Counted from the first letter of the whole stretch, positions 50,758 through 63,543 are shown. The stretch: DNA of 63,888 nt, filler included, from Octopus bimaculoides (GCF_001194135.2; 8 parts of 8 records of this genome joined end to end with filler, not necessarily neighbours in it), one strand, 5' to 3'. Notes: generated by a model not told the origin, from the letters alone. Translations and numbers: made by a program.

Positions 50758-52335
50758 CTGAAGGATGTATCAAAGTGAAACGCTGCTGACAAATACAGAC
50801 CAATTTCTTGCCTCGCATTAATGTGGAAGTTACCGACGGAACAAAACGGCTGTAGAAAGAAATGCAGAAGTACCAAAGATCAATTATTGATAAACAAAGT
50901 GGTAATGCAATATTGTAAACGAAGACATTTTGAAATGGCCTGGTTTGACTATCGCAAAGCTTATGGTATGATTCCACTTTCGTGGATCATCGAGGACTTA
51001 AATCTGTTTGGAATTGCGAGGAATGTAACGTGAATATAAGAGAAATATGCTGGGATAGAAAACTGAACTGACATCTTACGGAGAAAGCTTGCGCACCTTG
51101 AGTGTCAGTAGAGGAATTTTCAAGGATGATAGCTTATTTCCGTTGCTTTTTGTTCTATGCATGACACCTCTGACCTTGATACTGAGGAAAATGAACCTGA
51201 GGTGCCAACTAACGGGTAAATCCTAAACAATCAACCACCTCCTCTTCATGGATGATTTAAAACTGTATGGCAAGGATGAGACACAAATGAGTTCCTTGGT
51301 GAACACGGTCCACTGTTTTAGTGCTGATATTAGAATGGAATTTGGATTCAAGAAGTGCAGAATAATCTACCTAAAAAGAGGTGGGGTATTGATTAAACAA
51401 ATTGAAGCGGAAGGCTACAAATACCTTGGAGTACTACAGTTCAATTAGTTAATGGAGAAGGAAATGAAACAGCAACTGAGGACGGAATATTTCCGAAGAC
51501 TAAGGTTGGTGTTGCGCTTAAAATCGACCGGGTGGAATAAAATCCAAGCTGTTAAAAAGTTGGCGATAGCATCACTTCGGTATGGAGCGAAATTATAAAA
51601 TGGCAAAATAGAGAAGTGATGAAATGGATATCCATACCAGAAAAATGTTGTTAGTACATGGAGCTTTCCACCCTAAGAGTAACACCGATAGGCTGTTCTT
51701 GTCCAAAAGAAAGGGTGAGAGAGTTTAGATCAGTTGCAATGACTGTATCAAAGCAGAGGAAGATAGCTTAGGGTGGTATATAAAAATGCCGTTGAACCAT
51801 TGTTAAAACATACGAAGAAGGCCGGTGTAATCAAAATTGAGTATTGTGTAATGAAAGAAATATTTAAAGAAAAAAATGAATACAAAAAAAGAAAAAGCAC
51901 AGAAGCAAAACTGCACGATCAGTTTGCAAGAGATATGAACGCCAAGACAGATACAGAGGAGCAGTGGCTATAGCTGAGGAGGAGTGAACTGAAGATAGAG
52001 ACAGAAGTACTCATATGCGCAGCTCAAGAACAAGCGTAAGCAACAATTATATGAAGTGCAGAATTGACAAGACTACCGATAGCGACAAATGCAGAAAGTG
52101 TGGTGAGAGGGATGAAACGGTATGGCACATCGTTAGCGAATGCCCGAAATTGGCACAACGCCAATAAAAAAGAGCCCATGACAATGTGGCAAGGATGATC
52201 CATTTGGAGCTCTGTGGAAATCACGGCCTACAAAGAGCAAAGACGTGGTATGAACAAATCCCAGAAGGAGACACCGAGAATGAGAATTGCAAGAGTAAAC
52301 ACGATACCAATAGTAATTGGTGCAATTGGAAGTAT
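50756..52335 (+). mobile_element. R4/Dong-like LINE relic: RT, thumb and CCHC; RLE core deleted
   Basis: [13 protein letters not shown]; [24 protein letters not shown]; RGIF..DSLFPLLFVLCM; NHLLFMDDLKLYGK; GYKYLGV; CRKCGERDETVWHIVSEC..HDNVARMIH..KTWYEQIPEG; IPIVIGAIG. Preceded by (AAT)n and (TAG)n. Confidence 0.92.
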
Positions 52336-53011
52336 CAGCACTCAACTACCAGCATGACCCTAATGCCATTGCAATTACCATCATTCTTCTGCAATGAGCA
52401 AGTGTGTGGTACCATAGTTTGCCCTCATTTCTCACATCACCTCTAGTTTCAAAGTGTAACTACACTATTTTACATGACCTATTCTTATTAATAAATATAT
52501 ATCCTGCCATACACCGTCATGAACTTCCTTTAAGTATTTATTTGAGGGCATATAAAGGCACCTTCCAGCCTTTACGAAGAAATTTATACCAATTCCACCT
52601 TCGGTAAATATATTTGTTGACATACGATTGTCACGATTCTTTCTTGACTTCTTTAGAGATATACCTAAAATTGTTCCTTTGGCATATAATATTAGCAAAG
52701 CTGCTGTTATTAATTATTGTTAATATATTACAATTTTTATGTTGCCATAAATTCGTGCTTTAGGGAATTTAAACGTGACGTTATAAAGTGTATCTATTTA
52801 TTTAATTCTAATTCTTCCGTTTAACCGTTTTGCTTCCAGTTTATACGTTAAATTCGCTTCTAATTACTACTGCTGAACAGATCAAATGATACGTAATTTT
52901 TCCTAAAATTCTCATTGACAAACTAATAAAAGAGCCATATTGAAAATATGAAAGCACATAGAAAATTTAACAAAAATTTTAATTTCTTTAACTTAAACCG
53001 TTCGTCTACTC

Positions 53012-53028
53012 CAGTAGTTCCCAACCTG
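53012..53028 (+). mobile_element. Possible hAT-type terminal inverted repeat (one end only)
   Basis: CAGTAGTTCCCAACCTG resembles the CAGTGGTTCCCAACCT hAT/Charlie terminus; no partner end found before the gap. Confidence 0.3.
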
Positions 53029-54842
53029 TTCACACTAGTTCCTAACACCACTTTTATTTAATTTAGTTTTTCCACGGTCCCCTTTTAATATTCTTATCTT
53101 AATGTGTGTGTGTATATATATATATAGTGTTGATATATTTTCGATTATTTTTGATTAATAATATTTGATTAATAATTAGTCTTTATTGTTTATAATATTG
53201 TTAAAGGTTTTTTTAATTAAAACTTTGTATATATATATAAAGTTTAATCTTTTATTCTTAATAATTTTTTCTTTCCTAATTTTTCATTCATAATTTTTTC
53301 ATTCATATTTTTATTCTTACGTTTGTAGAAATAAATAATCGTGTATTTTTCTATTATTCAATTGATTTTTAATTATGATTAAATAAACGTCTTTAGCTTT
53401 AAATAGTATAGCTTTAACTATTACACCGGTTAAATATGTACTAATTTTATCTTCCTTATTATTCTAAACTTAAACTTCGTTCAAATTGTATTTAAAACAA
53501 TGATAATTTAAAACANNNNNNNNNNNNNNNNNNNNNNNNNNNNNNNNNNNNNNNNNNNNTTAATTAATTAANNNNNNNNNNNNNNNNNNNNNNNNNNNNN
53601 NNNNNNNNNNNNNNNTGTGCTTGCGTGCGTTTCTGTGTCTTCGTGCGTATGTTACCAATGAGTCAAAAGAGTTTCAACAAAGCCATTTCGATAGAACCAT
53701 GCACTCAAACAAGACAGTGTTTCCTTCGAAATTGCCAAGCAAAGAAGTGGTGGTGGTGGTGGTGGGGGGGATTATCTAATGAGAGGGTGAGAAAGAAAAA
53801 AAAGATACAAGAAAAAAAAAAGGAAGGAAGGAAGGAAAGAAAGAGATAGAAAGAATTAATAATACGTTGTCTTTCGGAATTTCCTTCGTGTTCTTGTATT
53901 CTTTTTATCTAAAATTTTATATCATTTTCCCCTTTTTCACGAAAAAAAATAACTTCCAGGATGTTGACGGAAAATTATGAAGTTGTTTCGGAAAGATTGA
54001 TGACTATTTCAATCAATATTTTTTATTTTAATTTAAATTTTAATTTTAAATGGGCTGGATTTCAAACTATTACGCTATGCTCTTTCTCTTATCTCTCTAT
54101 GTCGTCTGCTAACTCCCTCCCTCCTTTATACAGACGACATTAAACTCAAATTTATCAATCAATGTCACCAATCCCCTTCTCTGAATTTCTATCCTATTAA
54201 CACTAGTTACTCAGATTTCCATCCATCCATTTTTTTTTGTGTGTTTTAGGCTATATTTCAACACTTTTCATTTGTATTTCGTTCCCATTTCTCTGTTTGT
54301 TTGTTTTTTTTTACCTCTTTTACGACTCAACATTTCATACATACATACATACATACATACATACACACATACATACAAACATAATAAATTTAATTAAATT
54401 AATTGCGTTTTATATACTTAATCTTGTCAGTTATTTACTTTATTATTGTTTAACCTATTTTATATACATTTCTTACATTTTAAAAAATTATTCTTGTTTC
54501 ATAGCACATATATACTATTATATTGTCAGACCATTTTATTTTATTTCTTTTTCATCTTCTGATTACAAACATCGACTACAGTTTGATGGAACTCCGACCT
54601 GCTGCATCTATCTATTGGTTTGTTTATATATTTTATATTTCAATTTGGGAACATTAGCGTCGTTGATTAAAGATTCTTAACAAACCAATCACTGCGTCAT
54701 AGCATCTACGAGAGCGTGAGTAACAAGAAAATGTCTTTACTCCAGTAAATCTTCTGGAATTCGTTTGTTAAGTACCAGCTATTCGGTGTTTTTCTCATCG
54801 ATGTCTTTCTCTCTCTCTATATATATATACACACATATATAT

Positions 54843-54899
<57 letters not shown>

Positions 54900-54959
54900 C
54901 ACTTATATATACACACCAACCCCAATACACACACACATATATATGTGTGTGTATGGGTA

Positions 54960-55090
54960 TTTCAAATTTACAGAAAACAGAAGACGAAGGCAGGTGAGGG
55001 AACAACAAGCAGGTGTATTAGTTTGACGCTCAGGAAGAATGTAAAAGCCTTTGATGTTTCGAGTCTACGCTCTTCGACAGAAGGGATTGA
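54960..55090 (-). mobile_element. Penelope-like terminal fragment with a degenerate hammerhead motif
   Basis: Minus strand: CCTT-CTGTCGA-A-GAGC-GTAG-ACTC-GAA-ACAT-C-AAAGG, then GAGCGTCAAACTAATAC. Confidence 0.5.
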
Positions 55091-55147
55091 GGGGAGAAAA
55101 TGGAAAGAGAACGCAAAAAAGGGGGGAAATGTGTAGAAATTAACCCA

Positions 55148-55216
<69 letters not shown>

Positions 55217-55258
55217 GTCTGTCTGTCTGTCTGTCTGTCTGCCTGCCTGCCTGCCTGC

Positions 55259-55318
<60 letters not shown>

Positions 55319-55400
55319 ATACACATATATTGCATTGAATACCTTCAATTAACTGGGATCACTCACACATGTAAGTGATAAAACTCAAAGACGTCCATAG

Positions 55401-55498
<98 letters not shown>

Positions 55499-56609
55499 AC
55501 ACACACAATCATATTCAAAGCATTGAATTTAATCCATTAAGCGTAATCGCAAACTCAGCTGACTTTAAATTAACCTTTTTGACTCATTTATAACCTGTTG
55601 TCATGATTCATTTATTTTTTACGTGTCTCTTATAATAAAAAATAAAGAAAAAATTAAAAAAGGTAAAAATAAACGATTGTGTGGTTTTCTTCTTTTGTGC
55701 CATGAAAAAAAAAACTAGGAATAACGATAAACGAAAAAACCGAAACGAAAATAAAAGAAAACAAAAACGGTTAAAAAAACGTTCCGTTTCGCTTTTTCTT
55801 TTTACTTCGTTTTATCATCTTCAATGAACTCATTTTGAGAATAAAAATAACACACACACACACAAGAAAAATTTATATTTAATAAAATATAACACACAAA
55901 GTAACAAAATAGTACTTGGGATATTTATTTATTTATTCAGTTGTGTTTGAATATTAAAATGAAATTAAAATGTAATAAAATGCATGATTTGGTGTCGTTT
56001 CTGTGAGGCGAGGGGTTCGAATTCTTCCAATATAATATCTATGGAGAGGGTGTTCTTCAACTGTTGATGTCATTTACAAATTCGCATGTACTTTTGTGAC
56101 GAATAAACATATACACGATTACACACAAAACCACACGCACACACAGTTACACATATGCATACACACAGACACATGCACAGACACAGACACCCCGCCCACA
56201 CACAAGCACAGTAACCTACATGTATTGTATACATGCAAGAACACACACACACACACAAATATCAAAGTCTGCACGTATATTCTCATACACATATAAGAAC
56301 ACACAGTCACATACACACACACACGCATATACTCATACACATAAATACTTACACACTTTGTATCCCTCTTTGTCTCTCTCTCTCTCTCTCTTACACACAC
56401 ACATACAACGACAAGCTCCCATGCTCTTACACACACATAAGTACACACAGATGCACACACACGCACACACCAGTCTTTCTCTGATAATGGTTTTACAGTT
56501 TAATTTATATTATTCCAAGAACACTTCTTTCACGAAACACAGGCGAGGATGAGATATATAAATATATGCAACAACTTTCTGTCGGCGGCCATTTTGGAAA
56601 TCTATCTAA

Positions 56610-56678
<69 letters not shown>

Positions 56679-56879
56679 CATCCATCCATCCATCTATCTA
56701 TCTATCTATCCATCTATCTTACATACATGTAGACATACTCGCATATATAAAGCACATCATATCCTTATGTATTCAACAGGATGTTTCACAACTCACGTTT
56801 CGTCAGAGAGGAAACGTGAGTAGAAGTATCCTGCCCAATTTATAAGGATACAATGAACCATACACTCCTACATATATAC

Positions 56880-56919
<40 letters not shown>

Positions 56920-57989
56920 AAAAAATGAGTTGAGATGGCGTTTTTGGAGGGTAATTTTTATTTTAATAATAATATTTCCAGTGAGCGACTCTGGTATGGG
57001 TTTTAAGCTTCGAATAACCATTTTCANNNNNNNNNNNNNNNNNNNNNNNNNNNNNNNNNNNNNNNNNNNNTTAATTAATTAANNNNNNNNNNNNNNNNNN
57101 NNNNNNNNNNNNNNNNNNNNNNNNNNAAATCAAAGATGAGAGTTTGACAGCTCAACACACAAAAGTGAAAAAAAACCCCATTAAAGTGAAGTTTAAGACA
57201 GACTTGGGATTGATGTTGTACAACTGTATCAGGACATGGGAACACAAATAATGGGGGATAAGTAGATATTTTTGTTATAATGATGAAGCAGATAATGTAC
57301 TGAACAATCTTCTTACAAGCAATAGGTTCAAAACTACTGAAGGCATTTTGTTTTGCTTCACAGCAGATCTTTAAATTTCTACATTGTTATCTTACCCCAC
57401 CTTATACTTCTGCTTAAAATCATCACACCTCTCTCTTCTATTCTCCCTCAACTTCTGAGGCCACTTTAGGCTCTTAGATTGGCAAGTTACATGATGATCT
57501 TCACTGATGTTAGTGCCTACATTTTGGGCTTACCACCAAATGTGTTTATTAAGCCTACATCTGATATCTCCTGCTTCTTTTATAGCCTCACATCTCTCTA
57601 CTATCTTCCTATCTACCACTCATTCTCTTTCCACCCACTTTTTTTCCTGTTTCATTGTACTATGCAGCCAGTATAACTAGGAATGGCACTAGATCTGTCC
57701 AATCCACTCTTCTCTCTGACAACCTCTCCATTGCATCATGTTGCTTGAGGAATGCAGGCAGCAGTGAACCTGTCTGCACTCAATGCCCCTATCATACTAT
57801 CTTTTTCTCCCAACAAAACGTCTAAGTATGAAGGATTGTATTAGATTTGTATGTAACCAATACACACTACCATCCCCATTATGTGCAACCAATCATCACT
57901 CTTTATCATCCATGTCATACACTACTGTAATTCATAATGCCCTCTTAATACTAATCTCTTACAGTTTATCACTCCATCTGTATCATATT

Positions 57990-58280
57990 AACATACATAA
58001 AGCTTCTTAGTCAAAAGCATGATTAAGAATATGAAAACAAGGAAAGCAACTGGACCATTATGGGTATTCATCACTGAGATGCTGAAAATATCTGGTGAAA
58101 ACAAATGCTACTCCCACATAGTCAATCAGGTAGTACAAAGAGGTGACATACACAATGACTGGCATAGCAGTGTCTTCATCAACTGCTACAAAAGCAAAGC
58201 AGATACTCTAGAAGTAGTTGATAGCTTCTATTACCTAGGTAACCTAATTAGCAATAGAGGTGGATGTCCTGAAAGCAAGG
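57990..58280 (+). mobile_element. RTE-clade LINE ORF relic with a large internal deletion
   Basis: IKNMKTRKATGP..ITEMLKISG..IVNQVVQRGDIHNDW.SS...CYKSK (pre-RT) fused directly to LEVVDSFYYLGNLIS..GGC (post-RT). Confidence 0.75.
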
Positions 58281-58284
58281 TATC

Positions 58285-58665
58285 ACCATCATTTAATGTT
58301 TGCTTTCCATGCTGACATGGGTTAGACGATTTGACTGCAACTGGTAAGTTGGAGAGCTGCACTAGGTTCCAGTCTAATTTGGCATGGTTTCCACATCTGG
58401 ATGCCCTTCCTAATGCCAACCACTCCAAGAGTGTAATGGGTGCTTNNNNNNNNNNTGCCAACCACTCCAAGAGTGTAATGGGTGCTTTTTACATGCCACT
58501 GGCACTGGTGCCATTTACACGATACTGGCAATGACTACGATTTCGTGAGTGCCATTTACATTACACTGGCAATGGCCACGACTAGTCTCACTTGGCTTGT
58601 TGAGTCTTCTCAAACACATCATATCGCCAAAGGTCTTGGTCACTTGTCATCACCTCCATGAAGTC
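58285..58665 (-). mobile_element. RTE-type element 3' end (ORF terminus, UTR, GAT tail)
   Basis: Homologous to 63583-63888; minus strand ends EVMTSDQDLWRYDVFEKTQQAK*, then the UTR ending ..CATGGAAAGCAAACATTAAATGATGGTG. Confidence 0.75.
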
Positions 58666-60820
58666 ATCCAGAGTAAGAAATGAGAAATGTCCAACCCAAG
58701 CCAGCCTGGGAAAATGAACTGCTGCTGATAGTGGTGGTGGTGATGATGATATCATTACATACATCCTAATTACTATATTGTATCAATTGATAATTAATGT
58801 AATAAAAGGAGTTTATTTTCGCAGCCACCAATACAATATGGAATTTTATTGAATGATCTAGCAATGATGCTGCTGACAGAAACTGGAGACTGAATGCCTT
58901 CATGTATCTTATTACATACCTTTACATTCTGTCATTACCATCACAGTCATCAACAGAAATCATCACCATATAGTGTGTGTATTTTATTTTTTAAAAATTA
59001 TATTTTCTACAGACATTTACAATGCACTCTCACTCTGATTATGGAGTAATTCATTAAACACACACACACATATTGTAAATAAAAACATAAATGCTATTAC
59101 TTTGTGAAGTCACATCAACTGCTTTCAAACTATGATGATATCATTAAAGACTGTAAACAACAATAGAGAGTGAAAGAAGATATCTAGAAAATGATATGCC
59201 TACAAAGTTGACCTAAAGATATCTAGAGAATGATATGACTGCGGGAGTTGAACTGGGTAATAGACTAGTTAATTATGTCTAAGCTATCTGTTTAACCTAA
59301 GAATTCATAGAATACAAGCACAAAGTGTACCAAGGTCAATGCATTGATATCATTTTTATGTTCTAAACTGGTTTAATATACAACCAAAAAGAATCAATAT
59401 AATTTTCAATTGAATTTATGGGTAAGATACTGGTACATCAGTATTCTTTAGANNNNNNNNNNNNNNNNNNNNNNNNNNNNNNNNNNNNNNNNNNNNTTAA
59501 TTAATTAANNNNNNNNNNNNNNNNNNNNNNNNNNNNNNNNNNNNNNNNNNNNAGATACAAAATGGGACAAGAACACAAAACATCCAGGTGATACAAAAAA
59601 GGGACAACAAAACATCCAAATAGACGATACAAAGAAAACAAGGACAGGTCATTCAGACTTTTCTTTCCTCAATCGATTTCCAAATTATCTTTGCAATTTC
59701 AGCTGGTTATACTTGAGATTGTTCCAATCTCGCCAGCCCCAAGGAAAAACTAAGCTAAGAGCATTTGATTCCTTGGAAGAAAGCAGCGAATGTATACGAA
59801 ATCAAGGACAGGGAAAAAAAATGGAGAATACAAATACAAATAACAGAACATAACAACAGGTGTCTTTTGACTAAAGACAAATTAAATTAAGCTGTTGTGT
59901 GTGGAAATGAAACCTTATGGCAGAGATACAAGATTTCACAGGTACAGGGAGGAATATAGATGTTGCACAGACAATGGCCGAACTAAGAAAGAAAGATCAG
60001 GCTTGGCCGAACACCAGTCATGCGGGGAGAGAAGAGAGAGAGAGGTAGAAGCAGAGGGACAGAAGAAATAAGGAGGGGGTCGAGAAAAAATGACAGGGAA
60101 ACAGTGAAGTAAAAAGAGGAGGGAAAATGAGCAAGAAGAGAAGGCGGGGAAATGTGAGAGAGGGGGAACGAAAGAACAAAGAGTGGAATGAATGAATAAG
60201 CATGAAAGGGCTGATAGAAGCAAAGTAAGAATAGAGTCGTACAAGATTTAGATAAATATATACTTACATATTGATATATATTCATTTCTACTTTACCTGA
60301 TATAATTCCCCGCAAATTTAATTTTACTTGAAACAAGGTGCTTCTGGGATAAATTGTTGTCATATGGTACACAAAAGGGAAAACAAGTGATATTTTTTAA
60401 TCCCATTATACATTTCTTCAATAAAAAATATTCCTTTTATACATTTCAAATGACTGAAAAGATTTCTTTCTTTTCAAAATTCTAATTTCGTTTTTCACAT
60501 ATACACTTGTAGTGTTTGACTTTTTCTTCATTGTGAAAATACAATAAAGGAGAGAAAAGCGATTTAAAAAAAAAAAAAGAAATCAGAAATTACTCATTTT
60601 GCCCCAGTTTGCTATTTTGTTTGAAGAAAATGGTTAGATCTAAACAAAATAAAAAAAAAAAGAAAGCATTTGAACATATATGCAATAATTTTAAAGCCTG
60701 AAGTGTTTGTAATTTTATAATTAAAACAAAAATCAAAATCTAAATTTTGGAACATATTTTGTATTGACCTGTTAGGAAGATTTCAAAGACTTACTAAAAT
60801 AATAAAGCTTAGCGGTGCTA

Positions 60821-60870
<50 letters not shown>

Positions 60871-60974
60871 CACTTTATTTTGAAATAGTCAGTTTGAGGT
60901 CATTGTCAGTCAACAGTGTGATTAAAAACTAGTTCAAGAATCAAAAAATATATACTATCCATATGGTATATTGT

Positions 60975-61705
60975 TCACCAACTTTTTGAATTTTGTTGCA
61001 TGTCTGCAGGAATTCAAGAGTTCATGTCTTTGATTCAAAGTGCTATTGTCCTGGAATAAAATATAAAATTTTTCCAAGAAACATAAATCACATTTGATGG
61101 GTCTTTTATGTGCACCATGTCTAAGGTGAAGCTCTATCTAAAATTCTCCATGTCACATTGAAAGTTCAGGTTTCGTTTTCTTTTAATTCCCAGACATATT
61201 TTGCCAGGCTTGTCTTTGTCCTATTTTCAGGGTATTCAGAAGGAATTTCTATGAGAATAAAATCGGATTTTGAAAGAATTTTCAGATGCCCCTGTGTAAG
61301 TTCTATATTCATGTGAGCCTTTTATCTGCACTTTGGCTCTATACATGATTCCTTTCTCCAGACATTTCCTTTCAATGGACAAGAGGTCCCATCTTTGCAA
61401 TTGCAATTTGTAGGAAAAGAATCGGCACTATGATTATTTGCAATTATCTTATTGTTGTGTTAATTAATAAAGGAGGCAAAGTTTTTACAGCAAGAATAGC
61501 TGATCTTAAGCATTCTTCTATTAAATATTCTATAAATCTTATGGTCAGGTTGAAAGTGTCTAGAGACTAATTTTAAGAATTCCTTACCTGTATTTGTTTT
61601 TATGGCCATGTTGAAAGCTGGATTAAACCACAAAACCTTCCTAGTTCTACTCTACCTCTGGTATTTGAGTACGCTTTTTTCCACCTTGTCTCACATTTAT
61701 GTGCT
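60975..61705 (-). mobile_element. Penelope-like element relic: RT thumb, CxC linker and C-terminal GIY-YIG endonuclease
   Basis: Minus strand with frameshifts: KVLWFNPAFNMAIKTNTGKEFLKLVSRHF..RIFNRRMLKISYSC; CNCKDGTSCPL.G.CL..IMYRA..RTYTGASENSFKIRFYSHRNSF; TSLAKYVWELK; KCDLCFLEK; LNQRHELLNSCRH. Confidence 0.85.
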
Positions 61706-61712
61706 TACTCCA

Positions 61713-61752
<40 letters not shown>

Positions 61753-61852
61753 NNNNNNNNNNNNNNNNNNNNNNNNNNNNNNNNNNNNNNNNNNNNTTAA
61801 TTAATTAANNNNNNNNNNNNNNNNNNNNNNNNNNNNNNNNNNNNNNNNNNNN

Positions 61853-61928
<76 letters not shown>

Positions 61929-61959
61929 TGTGCACATGTATCTATATATATATGTTCAT

Positions 61960-62480
61960 AACTGGGTGGCAATCATAATGAAGCTTAGGGTTGTAGTCGA
62001 AACCTTTTAATGATCATTGTGAGCTGCATAGCGTTGAAAACCACCCATCTATTAGCTCTTTCTTGAACGGAAGTCTGCAGCATGTTGTAAGGTGTGGGAA
62101 GTTCATGCAACAGCCAAGTTGTCAGCATTCCTGACCAGGTGTGTAGTGCATTGGTTTTCATCCTGTGCAGCTCATGAAGCAGCAATTGACACATCAACTG
62201 TTCATCAAACTTCATGGTGGTGTTCGGTCTCCACAGCTTGTGCAGCAGCATTTGATGCAGCATCAGCAGTTCATCAAAGTTTACGCTGATGTTTAGTATC
62301 TGCAGCATCAGCAGTTCATCAAACTTTACGCTGGTCATCTATTTGGAGTGCTCTTGTAGTGGCTGTACATTCAGCATTTTGTGATTGTCTAATAGAAGTT
62401 TCCAGTGATGCCCTCCCTGCTGATGATCTTGCTGTTGTCGCAGTTTTTCGGCCAGTTGAATAACTCTTACTTCAGGGCAT
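61960..62480 (-). mobile_element. Probable Helitron RepHel N-terminal relic (15-aa repeats, then FDYNP motif)
   Basis: 45-bp repeat at 62256 and 62301 reading QRKV**TADAA-like units, followed by KGFDYNPKLHYDCHPV, resembling the AF.YDP...Y..HP motif that follows the E/R/A-rich repeats of animal Helitrons. Confidence 0.55.
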
Positions 62481-63543
62481 GACATAAAAGAAGCAGGAGG
62501 AAATGCACGCAGATACACTGTTAAGTATTAAATATTAATTGAATGGTTACTATGTAACTGTAAATAACTTGCAACCTTGCAACTGCTGCGGTAATAATTA
62601 ACTGGTAGTTGAACGGTAAAGGTGTAACATAAAATGTTAGTGTTATGACATTAGAATGAAAGTGGAAACAATAAAAGTGAAACAGTATTATAGTCTTATC
62701 ACATTAGAATGAAAAGTGAAACAATAAAACTGAAGCAATTTTATATCACATTACAATATAGATGTTATTGTCTCACTTTTAGCACATAATAGTGAACCAG
62801 TATAAAAGATTGCTCCGTGCCGACATTAGGCAAGAAGTTAGAAATTGTTTTCGTTCATGACACTCCATGGACCGTAAGTAAGACATGTGTAAAATTTTAA
62901 AATTTTACACATCAGAAAATTAAATTCTGAATGCTTGTGATTTACATTAGCCATGACCACCATGGATAAGGAAAGGGTTAATGAAAGAGCAATTGGATAA
63001 ATTGCTTAGTTTTGTCTAGTGGTGCTTGTGGGGCAGAAGCCCCTGTTCATGCTGCGTCTGAGTCTATGAATGGTTAGAGGTAAGTTGGTAGGTCTGCAGG
63101 CTTGCATTAATCAAGAAGCAAAAAATTATTGGTAAATGTTAGTAAGTGCACCTGCACGCGTTTCACTGAGAAAAACAGAAAAAAACTCAGATTTTTTTTG
63201 CTTAGAATCAAATACCCTGTTTCCCTATTCTTAATCTCAGTATGTTTTGAAGTAGATTGAAGAAAAGAAATGGAGAAGAAGTTAAAATGTAAAAAATTGA
63301 CTGAACCAATGTAAAAGATTGCTTGATGCCTGCATTTGGCAAGCAAGAAATTATTTTGAAAAAGTTAAAATGAAAATATTTGGGATAGGGACGGGGAATT
63401 GAAAATGAAACAGATATTTTTTTTGCATAATTGGAATGTCCATCATCGAAAACATAGGAATCCACTGGAAAAGAAGGAAAGAAAAGACACACACACACAT
63501 TCTAGTCTTTATATATGTGTGTGTGTGTGTGTGTGTGTTATAT

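Noticed and set aside
52340-52720. Possible mariner transposase C-terminus (ORF 52465-52698)
   Set aside because: No DD34D or WPxxSPDL-type motif found; resemblance too weak.
56791-56821. Perfect 11-bp hairpin ACTCACGTTTC/GAAACGTGAGT
   Set aside because: Single occurrence at a frequency compatible with chance; no ribozyme core and no element context.
58414-58487. 32-bp direct repeat flanking a 10-N gap
   Set aside because: Typical overlapping contig ends left unmerged; the homologous copy at 63.7 kb has one unit.
59936-60372. Minus-strand 102-aa and 129-aa ORFs
   Set aside because: Translation of a purine-rich low-complexity tract; the surrounding 59553-60250 block may be a repeat but I cannot assign it from sequence alone.
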